This document shows positions 34,713-43,864 of a stretch of 64,000 nt of DNA, piece after piece. The notes beneath the pieces were generated by a model. That model had not been told where the DNA came from. It saw nothing but the letters and a program-made list of their open reading frames with translations, and did not search any database. The DNA comes from a virus (taxonomy: Duplodnaviria; Caudoviricetes), in IMG/VR virus record IMGVR_UViG_3300046460_000097; one strand, written 5' to 3'. Every line of letters begins with the position of its first letter. Position 1 is the first letter of the stretch. A program made the position numbers and the translations under genes.

Positions 34713-37007
34713 ATGCGGTATGTGGCGACTATCTCGAAGGCCCACAACTACCTGCGTATTTACGGTTACTACGATGACTTCTGTGCAAAGGTGATTGTGC
34801 CTTTCTGCAAATCTCATCTGTACAGGACCGGGAAGGTTCCAGTTCCTGGGACCAACCAGCAGGTGTGGAAAGTAACCCATGTGTTCGCTCGGTCTAATCA
34901 CGATAAGACTGAGTACCGAATTCCGAGTAGCCTCCTCAAGGAATTGATTGAATTCGCCCAGTATCGCGGCTATAACCCATCACGCATTCAACAGCATGAT
35001 GAGCCAGAGATCGTGGGTGCAGATTGTACGTTTAAGTTGAAAGCAGGCTTTGAGGTTCCTCGTGAGGGCCAAAAGGAATGGATCGACTATCAGTTAGCTG
35101 ACGGTGCTGTCAAGATTAACAATGCCGCCACAGGTTACGGTAAGGCACTGGCCAACGATACACCGGTCAGAACAATACACGGTTGGAGGCCTATTGGTCA
35201 GATCAGGGTTAATGACCTTGTGATGGCTCCTGACGGCTCCCACACGTACGTTACAGGCGTTTACCCACAAGGCAGGACCAAGGCCTACCGTTTGACGTTT
35301 GAAGACGGCAGGACGATCGTAGCGTGTCCTGAGCATCAGTGGGAAGTACGACCGGACGGCAGCAATCAATGGCGGGTAATGACCACTCAACAGTTGTTGG
35401 ATAACCCGGACCAAGTCTGGCGCATTCCTTTAACAGCCAGTGAGCGTAATGTGGACCGTTGGGATATCCACGACCCTTACCTCATTGGTAAGACCGATCG
35501 GGTCTTGGGTGAGAAGTATCTGGAAGGTTCCCATTCTCAACGGATGGGGTTGCTGCGCGGCCTGATGGATAATGGTGGTGAGCCTCAACCTGATGGTGCA
35601 ATTGTGTTCCGTAGTCAATACGGGATTACAGCCAAGATGGTTCGGGATCTGGTGCGAAGTGTTGGTGGCGTTGCCAAAGCAGTCTTCAAGAACTTTGACA
35701 ACGTTGTTGCTATCAGACACCGGACTCCAGAGATCTTCTTTACCGATGAGGCGAAGATAGATCAACTGCGGGGTAAAGAGAATCGTGATCTGGCACTGAA
35801 GATTGTGTCCATCGACGAAACCATCCGCGTAGAAACTACCTGCATCTCTGTAGAGCATCCGTCGCACTGCTTCGTTGTCAAAGATTACATTGTGACTCAC
35901 AACACCTACATGGGGTTGTTCACGATGGTCAAGTTGGGTAAGCGTGCGTTGATTACCATACAACCTCGCTACATCACAACCTGGCTCAATGACATCGCCA
36001 AGATGATTGAGGTTAGACCCGAGGACATCTGTGTCTGGGAGAACGCCTCACTGCCACTATTGGGAGAGCAAATCGAGAAGGGGATCATCAATCCGAAGAT
36101 TGTCATTCTGCCGATGACACGCATCTCCGGTTACCTGCGTAATACCCGCAAAGATCCACTTGCGGTTCCGTTGGATACTATCTTCCGGAAGATCAACGCT
36201 GGTTATCGGATCATCGACGAAGGGCATGAGTCTTTCCATGAGGTCAGTCTGTCTTTGATGTATGGTAACATGAGGAAGGTTCTCCTGTTGTCCGCAACGT
36301 TGAAGGCAGACGATCCATTCATGGACAAGATGTATCGGATCATGTTGCCGGTGAATCTCAGGCTTAAGGAACCTGATGCCGAAAACTACATCGATATCTA
36401 CGCATACATCTATCACCTGTGTCAGCGCAAGTTCTTCCTGAAGACTGTACAGTTCGGGATTTACAACGACATGGCGTTGGAGGCGTCGATCCTCAAGTCA
36501 CCGATCTTAACCAAGTTCTATTTCCATATCGCCAACAAAGCGTTCCGGGAGTATTACTTGGATGTGCGTGAAGAAGGGACTAAGTGTTTGTTCTTCTTCT
36601 CTCGAATTGATATGTGCGAGACCATGCTGGCTATGTTCCAAAAGGAATATCCTGACATGGACTTCTGTACGTATCTGGGGACGAAGGATAAGAAGACACC
36701 GACGAAGTATCTGGAACACGAGATCGTTATTACCACTCCAGGTAGTTGCGGTACCGGTAAAGACATTCCAGGGTTGGTGACGACCATTTGTTTCCACACT
36801 GTGTTCTCAATTCAACGTAACAAACAGATGATTGGTCGGCTTCGTGCGTTGCTGGGTAAATTCGGCGATCGCATCACACCTCGGTTTGTATTCCCTGTGT
36901 GTAACGATTTGGGCAAGCATCAGGAATGCTTACAGAAGCGCAAGGTTGCGTTCGAAAGTAAGCAGAAAAGCTTCAAGCTGATTGAATCGAGCTGCTCCCT
37001 CAATTGA
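34713..37007 (+). CDS. SF2 (UvsW-like) helicase containing an intein; 511 aa after splicing
   Basis: Walker A ATGYGK|T is split by the intein; IIDEGHE, LSAT, GTGKDIP and QMIGRLR motifs follow. Confidence 0.9.
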   Translation: MRYVATISKAHNYLRIYGYYDDFCAKVIVPFCKSHLYRTGKVPVPGTNQQVWKVTHVFARSNHDKTEYRIPSSLLKELIEFAQYRGYNPSRIQQHDEPEIVGADCTFKLKAGFEVPREGQKEWIDYQLADGAVKINNAATGYGKALANDTPVRTIHGWRPIGQIRVNDLVMAPDGSHTYVTGVYPQGRTKAYRLTFEDGRTIVACPEHQWEVRPDGSNQWRVMTTQQLLDNPDQVWRIPLTASERNVDRWDIHDPYLIGKTDRVLGEKYLEGSHSQRMGLLRGLMDNGGEPQPDGAIVFRSQYGITAKMVRDLVRSVGGVAKAVFKNFDNVVAIRHRTPEIFFTDEAKIDQLRGKENRDLALKIVSIDETIRVETTCISVEHPSHCFVVKDYIVTHNTYMGLFTMVKLGKRALITIQPRYITTWLNDIAKMIEVRPEDICVWENASLPLLGEQIEKGIINPKIVILPMTRISGYLRNTRKDPLAVPLDTIFRKINAGYRIIDEGHESFHEVSLSLMYGNMRKVLLLSATLKADDPFMDKMYRIMLPVNLRLKEPDAENYIDIYAYIYHLCQRKFFLKTVQFGIYNDMALEASILKSPILTKFYFHIANKAFREYYLDVREEGTKCLFFFSRIDMCETMLAMFQKEYPDMDFCTYLGTKDKKTPTKYLEHEIVITTPGSCGTGKDIPGLVTTICFHTVFSIQRNKQMIGRLRALLGKFGDRITPRFVFPVCNDLGKHQECLQKRKVAFESKQKSFKLIESSCSLN
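35145..35903 (+). mobile_element. Class-3 intein (253 aa, Ala1) with partially deleted LAGLIDADG endonuclease
   Basis: Starts ALANDTPV, ends TCISV...YIVTHN then Thr+1. Carries the Trp (EHQW), Cys (block F) and Thr (block G) triplet. Confidence 0.92.
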
Positions 37008-37033
37008 GGGAGTCATCTCCTGTGGGACTAATC

Positions 37034-37486
37034 ATGAACAATGAAACCCAACCGAAACTCGTGGCTCTAGTCCTGGAGTGCCCCGACCTTAATAAAGCAA
37101 ACACTGTTGTTTTAAGTGTGTTCGAAGATTTGTTGGCTGACTTTGTCCTGTACTACGAACACGACGATGAACGTATCGACGACAAGTGGTATCGGGATCA
37201 GATTTACGATAGAGTTTACAACGAACACGGCGAGATAGTGTTACCATGGTCATTTACGTTTGAGGAGCAACAAGCCTTCATTCAAGATCCCATGGGACAC
37301 ATCATGCGTTTCGCTGGACAAGTTGAAGACTACATCAGGACAGCTACCAGCCTCAATGAGGAACAGATCGATTGCATGCATCGGACCATGGCAGTCGACT
37401 GTATTACGATAAGCCAAAAACTCAATAACCACGTAACACTGCTTGTGAGAGGAAATTACCATGGCGTTCCGCACCGAGTTCGTTAA
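37034..37486 (+). CDS. Hypothetical protein (small-gene array 2)
   Basis: ATG at 37034 after GTGGGA; frame of ORF 37004-37486. Confidence 0.6.
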   Translation: MNNETQPKLVALVLECPDLNKANTVVLSVFEDLLADFVLYYEHDDERIDDKWYRDQIYDRVYNEHGEIVLPWSFTFEEQQAFIQDPMGHIMRFAGQVEDYIRTATSLNEEQIDCMHRTMAVDCITISQKLNNHVTLLVRGNYHGVPHRVR

Positions 37487-37838
37487 GACCCCTGGCATTG
37501 AAACCTGCCGCAACTACCACCTCGTTCAGCGCCTCATTCAGGAGCGTATTCGTTCCGTGCTGATGGGTGATCCGTTCGTGGACCAGTCTCAGTTCCTGGC
37601 CGCCCAGTTCCTGGAAGCTCCCGCTGCTATCATCTCCCCTGATGAAATGCGCAAGCACTTCCAGCAGGAAGGCAAAGAAGTACTGGCGGCTTTCCACCAG
37701 TACGAAAAGAACCCTGAGTACGCCGAGAGCATTCGTTTGCTCAAGCAGTACGAAGGCAAGATCTTCAACATCACCAACACCACGATGTCTGGTATCATGG
37801 TTGTTATCGATACCGAAGAAAACGAAGCGGTTGCCTGA
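37461..37838 (+). CDS. Hypothetical protein (small-gene array 2)
   Basis: GAGGA SD; biased codons. Confidence 0.7.
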   Translation: MAFRTEFVKTPGIETCRNYHLVQRLIQERIRSVLMGDPFVDQSQFLAAQFLEAPAAIISPDEMRKHFQQEGKEVLAAFHQYEKNPEYAESIRLLKQYEGKIFNITNTTMSGIMVVIDTEENEAVA

Positions 37839-37840
37839 TA

Positions 37841-38380
37841 ATGGCGGCTACCTTCGTTATAAAGGTCGATCCACAAGTTAGGGAAGAACTCTACTCAGAT
37901 ATTGCTCTGGAGTTCTTGGACCTCATCTTCATTGAGGGACTCTTCGTAGTTATTCAGATGACCAAACCATTTGAATGGCCAATCAGCGATGACCCGTTGT
38001 ATTATTGTGACGACCCTGAGTCTCAGTTCGAGAGCTCTGTCGAGTACTTGTTGAGCATCTTGCACGACAAGAACAAAGAGGACGGGGTGCAGTTACCGGG
38101 TGACGAGCTAGTGGAGTATTGCCCGCAGTATCGCGAAGCAATCTGCATCAAGCTGGGGATGATCGTAGATTCGATCCGTGACTTCAATGACATCAGCGAA
38201 ATCATGGCAATCAAGAGTGTGCTCGAACAGCCTGAGTTCTCTAAGCGGTTTGAGCATGCCTCGATGCATCTAACGGACAGGGTGATGTTCACCATCTATC
38301 CTGACACTTCATTCTCCTTTCCGGTGTTACCCCCGGGCGCCCCTCTTATCGGTTTAGAGCCGCTCTTTGCTCCACTATGA
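37841..38380 (+). CDS. Hypothetical acidic protein (small-gene array 2)
   Basis: ATG 2 nt after the upstream stop; 179 aa. Confidence 0.65.
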   Translation: MAATFVIKVDPQVREELYSDIALEFLDLIFIEGLFVVIQMTKPFEWPISDDPLYYCDDPESQFESSVEYLLSILHDKNKEDGVQLPGDELVEYCPQYREAICIKLGMIVDSIRDFNDISEIMAIKSVLEQPEFSKRFEHASMHLTDRVMFTIYPDTSFSFPVLPPGAPLIGLEPLFAPL

Positions 38381-38387
38381 CCTGTAC

Positions 38388-38450
38388 CAGCCATAGCGTC
38401 CCTAACAGCCTGTGAGGGCTGTTAGGGGGCTTAGGTTGTTTATTTTTTTG
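38388..38450. terminator. Bidirectional hairpin with TATGGCTG on the minus strand
   Basis: CCCTAACAGCC / GGCTGTTAGGG stem at 38400-38427; CAGCCATA at 38388-38395. Confidence 0.75.
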
Positions 38451-39746
38451 CTACTTGATTGCAGTCTTGAGGTTGAGGACCACTGTGTTCGAACCGGCTT
38501 GGTGGTGCGCCTTCATTCGTTGCAGCATCATCTCAGTTGGTACGCGCACCACTTCAGCAGACAGACGGGTAGCAATCTTGCTCAAGCCTTCGCCCAAGCA
38601 GGTCTTGCAGTAGTCACCATCAACAGTCAGACAGAACTGAGGAACCCGCATAGCCACAGGCTTGCCAATGATCTTGTTCAGTTCTTCCTTGTCAATGAAG
38701 ATCACTTTGCCATTGGAGATATAACTGCTACCCATCCAATAGCTGGCGCTGTCCTTCAGGACGATCTTCATCTCGCCACGAGGAGTACCGCAGTCAGTGC
38801 CTTCTACCTTGCTACGGCCAATCAGACGCAGTGTTTCTTTTACAGCAGAACCACCTTCACCTGTAGCCATGGAACGGGAGTAGGCACCGGAGACCGCAGT
38901 GTTCACCTGAGTAACGATCTGCTCAGGGTCAAGGCCTTGGTCCAGAGAACGCGGCAACGCCACCCAGCCAGTGCTGGTAGGGTTCTCTTCAATACCGAAC
39001 GCAATGAACATACGTTTACGCGCAGTACCAATGAACTTGTCGTTAATAAAGAAGTTCTTGGACTTGCCCTTCATCATCTCTGCACGGTCCATTGCCACCA
39101 GCTCATCCAAGATGGCAGTGAAGACAACAGGATCGTTCAGTTCGTGGGCGTGTTGCTTCAGGAGTTCGTCCTTACGCTTGAGGATCTCCTTGGACACAGT
39201 CAGTGCATCCACACCGCCCGGCTTAACGAAGTGAGCACCCAGCCCTTCGAGGTAGTAGCAGTTCTCGGTGAACTTCAGACAGTCTGCAACCGACGCCTTA
39301 CCTTCAGGAACAGTTTCCCCTTCCTTAGGGTTGTCCACCATCAAACGACTGATGTGACCCTCGATAAGCTTCTTGGTGAAGAACGTGTTAACGTAGTCCA
39401 CCTTACCCATGAAGGGTTCCCACCACAGGATCACGTTGAACAGCATGAGCCCGAAAGTAGACTCAACAGCTTGATCTTTGAGGATAGGGTGGAAGTCACC
39501 GGGGAAGCTGAACTTGGTGTCCATTACCGCGAAGGGTTCTTCCACATTACCTTCTAGGGTGACTTGCTCACCGTCTAGCATGGCGTGGAACTTACCCTTC
39601 TCTACGAACACCGCCCCAGGGATCTTCTTGAAGGCGCCAGCTGAGTCTTCATCATCCAGCTGAATAGCAATGACAGACTGTACAGCTGCCTTGCTTCCAT
39701 ACGCTTTCATTTCGAACCAGCGTTTAAAGAAGTCGATCTTAAGCAT
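38451..39746 (-). CDS. Virion RNA polymerase beta-prime fragment (phiKZ gp80-like)
   Basis: SRSMATGEGG...EGTDCGT (bridge helix, DCGT) and MRVPQFC...YCKTCLG Zn motif. Confidence 0.85.
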   Translation of the reverse strand: MLKIDFFKRWFEMKAYGSKAAVQSVIAIQLDDEDSAGAFKKIPGAVFVEKGKFHAMLDGEQVTLEGNVEEPFAVMDTKFSFPGDFHPILKDQAVESTFGLMLFNVILWWEPFMGKVDYVNTFFTKKLIEGHISRLMVDNPKEGETVPEGKASVADCLKFTENCYYLEGLGAHFVKPGGVDALTVSKEILKRKDELLKQHAHELNDPVVFTAILDELVAMDRAEMMKGKSKNFFINDKFIGTARKRMFIAFGIEENPTSTGWVALPRSLDQGLDPEQIVTQVNTAVSGAYSRSMATGEGGSAVKETLRLIGRSKVEGTDCGTPRGEMKIVLKDSASYWMGSSYISNGKVIFIDKEELNKIIGKPVAMRVPQFCLTVDGDYCKTCLGEGLSKIATRLSAEVVRVPTEMMLQRMKAHHQAGSNTVVLNLKTAIK

Positions 39747-40647
39747 AAGTGAGCTCTTCCAATTTTTCCACTAACTGCTCAATGGCAATCAGCGCAAGGT
39801 GATCGGTCACGACGTTGTTCAGATAGACGAGGAGTTGCTCACGCATCTGCTGATCATTCAATTCAGAGATCAGATAAATGGCGATGACTTCCTTACCATA
39901 CTGTACGAGGTTGTCGTGATCGGGATAGTCGATGAGCTTTTGCAGCTCAGGCTTGAAGAAGGACAGCAATGTATCTACTGAGCTCCCTACGCGACCGTTA
40001 GAGGTGACGTGCTGAAAGGCGTACGTACCACGGATGTTCTCGACGTTGGCCCGTATACGCTTGATCAGGGTCTCTGGGATACCATCTTCAACATCGGCCT
40101 GCTTCAGGTTGTCACGAACCGCCTTCAACGTCACTTCACTGACGTCTTCGATCAGCAGTTCATGCTCGCCGAGGTCAGCGTTGTCGCCCAGATACTTCTG
40201 GAGGATCAGTAGGAACCGACTAACAGGGGGAATGTCAGTAGAATCCAGAACATCACCCAAACCAATGAGGTCTTCATAGTTGTCCATCTCGTAGAAGAAG
40301 TTGCCGATCTCGATCAACTGCTCAACGCGCTCATGAGTAACTTCATCGAGGTTGATGATGAAACCCATTTTGGTAAGTACGTCGATTATATTGTTGGTGA
40401 TCAGTTCATAGATCTGTTTCTTCTTGATGTTCGTGTCGTACTCTTCGCCGATGAGTATCTCGGTGATGACTCCCGGCATTAACGACTCAGGTTCAGACAA
40501 CAGAATTAAATTGAACCCATCGGTCAATATTTTAGCCTGAGGCGCGGGGACAGCGTCCTTAAAGCTAACCCAAATACCACCGAGGAGGGTGGCTGCAAAG
40601 TCTTCTCCTTCGCTTACAATAACTGCTTCGTTAGTCTCGATGAGCAT
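39739..40647 (-). CDS. Conserved acidic hypothetical protein, probably virion-associated (302 aa)
   Basis: Overlaps the start of the vRNAP subunit gene; same operon. Confidence 0.6.
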   Translation of the reverse strand: MLIETNEAVIVSEGEDFAATLLGGIWVSFKDAVPAPQAKILTDGFNLILLSEPESLMPGVITEILIGEEYDTNIKKKQIYELITNNIIDVLTKMGFIINLDEVTHERVEQLIEIGNFFYEMDNYEDLIGLGDVLDSTDIPPVSRFLLILQKYLGDNADLGEHELLIEDVSEVTLKAVRDNLKQADVEDGIPETLIKRIRANVENIRGTYAFQHVTSNGRVGSSVDTLLSFFKPELQKLIDYPDHDNLVQYGKEVIAIYLISELNDQQMREQLLVYLNNVVTDHLALIAIEQLVEKLEELTYA

Positions 40648-40686
40648 TGAGGCTATCCTATTAGATTAATCAGGGAATCATAGCAT

Positions 40687-41502
40687 ATGTCTAGCAATAA
40701 ACAAGCCAAGCGTGCGGCAGCTTCGAAACAGAAAAAGAAAGCTGCGAACATCGAGCGTGCCAAGACACAGCAACAGCTGGGACGCCGACAAGAGCAACAG
40801 GACCGTCGTTCACCACAAGCCAAAGCCGCCCGTAACGCACGCGTCGGTTATGCCGTTGCCACCAAAGGCGTGATCGACACAGCCAAAGAACTCCAGAAAG
40901 ATCCTGAGTTCGCCAAGACCAAGATCAAAGCGCTGACCAACATCGAAGTGCTCACCGGCATCAACGAAATGATCCCGGTCCTCGGCGGTGTGCATGGCGG
41001 TATCGAAATCGTTACCCGTCTCAGCGACATGAAGAAGTACGACATCCTGCCGCATCAGGCCGAGATGATCGAAGCCTTCGACCGCAAGGTGATCTCGATC
41101 TCGGAAGACATCCACGCGATGTACGAGTTCATCAACGCCGAGAAGCAGGTCGAAGATTACATGCCGATCTTCATCCACTACATCGACACTCTGGCCGACG
41201 TTGTTCAGTTCGCTATCCCGGAGCTGATGGAAGGTCTGCTGCAGCCGATCGAAGCACTGATCAACGAATACGTGAACGAGCACAAGGCAGAAGGCGAACA
41301 CTCCTCTGCGTTCGGCGCACGCGTCTCCGACGAGCGTATCGTTCGTATCGCTCCTGAATACCGCACCATGCGTCCGCTGGAAGACTTCCTGCCAGACGCT
41401 GATGCTGAAGGCGAAGCAGAACCGACCCCACTGGTAGGCGAACTGCAGCAAGTCGACGAAGCTGGCGCTCTGGAAGCTTCGCTGGCCAAAGAAATCCTCT
41501 GA
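40687..41502 (+). CDS. Hypothetical protein with basic N-terminal and acidic C-terminal tails
   Basis: 271 aa; strong codon bias. Confidence 0.7.
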   Translation: MSSNKQAKRAAASKQKKKAANIERAKTQQQLGRRQEQQDRRSPQAKAARNARVGYAVATKGVIDTAKELQKDPEFAKTKIKALTNIEVLTGINEMIPVLGGVHGGIEIVTRLSDMKKYDILPHQAEMIEAFDRKVISISEDIHAMYEFINAEKQVEDYMPIFIHYIDTLADVVQFAIPELMEGLLQPIEALINEYVNEHKAEGEHSSAFGARVSDERIVRIAPEYRTMRPLEDFLPDADAEGEAEPTPLVGELQQVDEAGALEASLAKEIL

Positions 41503-41524
41503 CCATTAACAAGGACTTATCTTC

Positions 41525-43294
41525 ATGACTGATACTCCTAACACCGACAGCACAGGTACTGAACTGAGTGGTGCTGTCGGCGAAGCTGGTATTGTAGGCC
41601 AAGCATCTGCGCCAGCACAGCCTGCAGCCCCTGTGCAACCTGCGGTAGCGAAAGCTACCCACCAGGACAAGCACAATGCTGCAAACACCACCATGACCAA
41701 CATGGTGCCTCCTGCATCCCCTCTGCTTGCCGAGCTGTCGGTTGCTGAGCGTGAGGCTGGCGGTTACCTGACTGTCTTCTTGGGCAACAGCAAGAAAGAC
41801 GTGCTGGAAGCTCAACAGCTGATCGGTAAGTGGTTCACGTTCAATAGCTTCGTGTCGATGGCACAAGAAGGGCGTGTTAACCAATCGACCATGAACAAGG
41901 CCAATGCCGACTGGGAACAGTACGTTGCAGAAACCTATCCTGGTCGTACTCCGAAAGAGATCGCCGATCATGCTGCTGACCTGTATGCGTACATGTCGGA
42001 GATCCAGGACGAGATCAAGGTTCGTAGTCACGTCTGCAACGAAGCGGGTATCACCAACCTCAGCGATCGTGGCGGCAACTACGTTACTGGCGACATCGTC
42101 GGTAAGAAGCCTGCTCGTTCTACCAAGGGTTTCTCTGCAGCTGAAGTAATGCGTCGCTCTGCACTGCGTTCGAACGGCGACAAGCTGATCTTCGACGTAC
42201 TGCTGCGTGACTCCTTCGTCAGCCTGTCGTTCACTCGTCCTAACCGTCTGGAAATGGGCGACCTGCTGAACGATATCCGTCGTACCATCGTCGGCTATGT
42301 GCGTGAGATCAACAACAACAGTGCGGTCCTTGCTCGCATTGCGTCGATCCGCGTCATCTGGAACTTCCTGGCCACGCGCATTACCTCGTGCAGCGTCTCG
42401 GACATCAGCGACTTCCGCCAACTGGCCAACGTTATCACCCTGAACGATATGGAACAGTTCGTGGTGGCGTTGATCGAGTCCCTGAACACCAAGGGTGTCA
42501 ACCTGAACCTGCGCTGCTTGGCACCTTCCTGCAAGTGGGATGCTTTCCACCTGGTAGAGCCGAGCAAGCTGGTACAGATCCGTCCTTCGCTGCGTGTTCC
42601 AGAAGAGCTGGCTATCTATGCCAACCTCATCAACGGTCATGCGAAGTACACCATCGAAGAAACGCTGGCAATGAGTCGTGCGGCGACCTACGGTTTGGAA
42701 ACGAACCGTGTCTACAACGACGACAAGACCATGTGCTTCCTGATTGCGCCACCTGTGTTGACCGAAGCGTTCAATACCTTCGACTACTTCATCGGCCGGG
42801 TTAACCCTCAGCTGTTCGACATCCGTCAAAAGGTTGTTGATCCAGACGAGTATGCAACCCAAATCACCATGGCTCACAACGAGCTGGGTTCGACGGAATA
42901 CATCCACTGGGTATCGGGTTACATCAACCTGCCAACTCCAGGTACTGACGAAGAAGAGATCATCATTCTTCGTAAGGACACGGATGACACCGAGTTCAAC
43001 GAAGGCGTGATGGCGGTCATTCTGGATCACCCAGACATGAACCGTAACCTGACTCGCTTTATCCTGAACAAGACCCCGTACATGTCTCGCACCTTCATCG
43101 GTGTGCAGAACTACGTGTGCCCTGTGTGCAGCAAGCAGTCGGGCGACCTCCAGGACCCGGAACACTTCCTGGACCGCAAGTTGGGTTATACTCCTATTGA
43201 CCCAATCATGAGTTTTTTTACCCTCACCCAGTTGGCGATGCTGGCGCAAGCGGTGGAGTCGGGCAGAGCCAAGTCCGAAGCCCTCTCCGAATAG
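41525..43294 (+). CDS. Zn-finger virion-assembly protein (T4 gp26/gp51-like baseplate-hub or tail-assembly chaperone); short form of a putative frameshift pair
   Basis: CLAPSC and YVCPVCSK Cys pairs near the C-terminus; ends PIDPIMSFF over the T-TTT-TTT run. Confidence 0.65.
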   Translation: MTDTPNTDSTGTELSGAVGEAGIVGQASAPAQPAAPVQPAVAKATHQDKHNAANTTMTNMVPPASPLLAELSVAEREAGGYLTVFLGNSKKDVLEAQQLIGKWFTFNSFVSMAQEGRVNQSTMNKANADWEQYVAETYPGRTPKEIADHAADLYAYMSEIQDEIKVRSHVCNEAGITNLSDRGGNYVTGDIVGKKPARSTKGFSAAEVMRRSALRSNGDKLIFDVLLRDSFVSLSFTRPNRLEMGDLLNDIRRTIVGYVREINNNSAVLARIASIRVIWNFLATRITSCSVSDISDFRQLANVITLNDMEQFVVALIESLNTKGVNLNLRCLAPSCKWDAFHLVEPSKLVQIRPSLRVPEELAIYANLINGHAKYTIEETLAMSRAATYGLETNRVYNDDKTMCFLIAPPVLTEAFNTFDYFIGRVNPQLFDIRQKVVDPDEYATQITMAHNELGSTEYIHWVSGYINLPTPGTDEEEIIILRKDTDDTEFNEGVMAVILDHPDMNRNLTRFILNKTPYMSRTFIGVQNYVCPVCSKQSGDLQDPEHFLDRKLGYTPIDPIMSFFTLTQLAMLAQAVESGRAKSEALSE

Positions 43295-43758
43295 ATCCGC
43301 GTGGGCGAAGAGGGGAAATAGTCTTCAGTCCTGTTTACAGACAGGTCTACAGTCAGTTGGTCGGTGTGTCTACCGCTCACTTGCCTGAGGAGTCAATGGT
43401 GTTCAGTGAGTCAATGCTCCACGACTTAAACATGAACTACTACAACACCAAGACTAAGACCCCTTTCTCGTCGGTACAGTACTTCAAAGAAGAGCACGAG
43501 TATTATCACCCGTGGTCTCTTAAGTCGAGTGGGAAGATGTTCGGGTTCCACAAGCTCCATGAGGTTATTAGTCTCAAAGACTTCATGGAGTGGCCGATGT
43601 GCGTGACCGATGAGTTGCTGGACGGCATTACGGAGGGAAGGAATGAACGGGATAAGCTGGACAACCCTAACCCTCCGGATGCCGATGGTAAGTCGTCTAC
43701 CAACAAAGATCTTAAAGCAATTATGCAGCAGCTGGGTTTGGATAAAAAGCTCTTTTGA
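43201..43758 (+). CDS. -1 frame extension, giving a fusion product of about 744 aa
   Basis: The open frame begins 12 nt before the slippery site and runs into ORF 43357-43758. The first in-frame ATG is only at 43396. Confidence 0.7.
   Translation, partial: PNHEFFYPHPVGDAGASGGVGQSQVRSPLRIDPRGRRGEIVFSPVYRQVYSQLVGVSTAHLPEESMVFSESMLHDLNMNYYNTKTKTPFSSVQYFKEEHEYYHPWSLKSSGKMFGFHKLHEVISLKDFMEWPMCVTDELLDGITEGRNERDKLDNPNPPDADGKSSTNKDLKAIMQQLGLDKKLF
43213..43219 (+). other. Putative -1 programmed ribosomal frameshift site (T TTT TTT)
   Basis: In-frame AGT TTT TTT ACC. The -1 frame has a stop at 43198-43200 and is then open to 43758. Confidence 0.72.
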
Positions 43759-43796
43759 TTAATACCCCGGGGGCCTTTGGGTTCCCGGGGTATTAA
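43759..43796 (+). terminator. Hairpin after the frameshift extension ORF
   Basis: TTAATACCCCGGG / CCCGGGGTATTAA perfect arms. Confidence 0.7.
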
Positions 43797-43864
43797 CCGT
43801 ATTTTATGTCGCGACGGCTTTACCAGACACCCTTATTTAAATTCTCATACGAAAGGGCCCTTTC

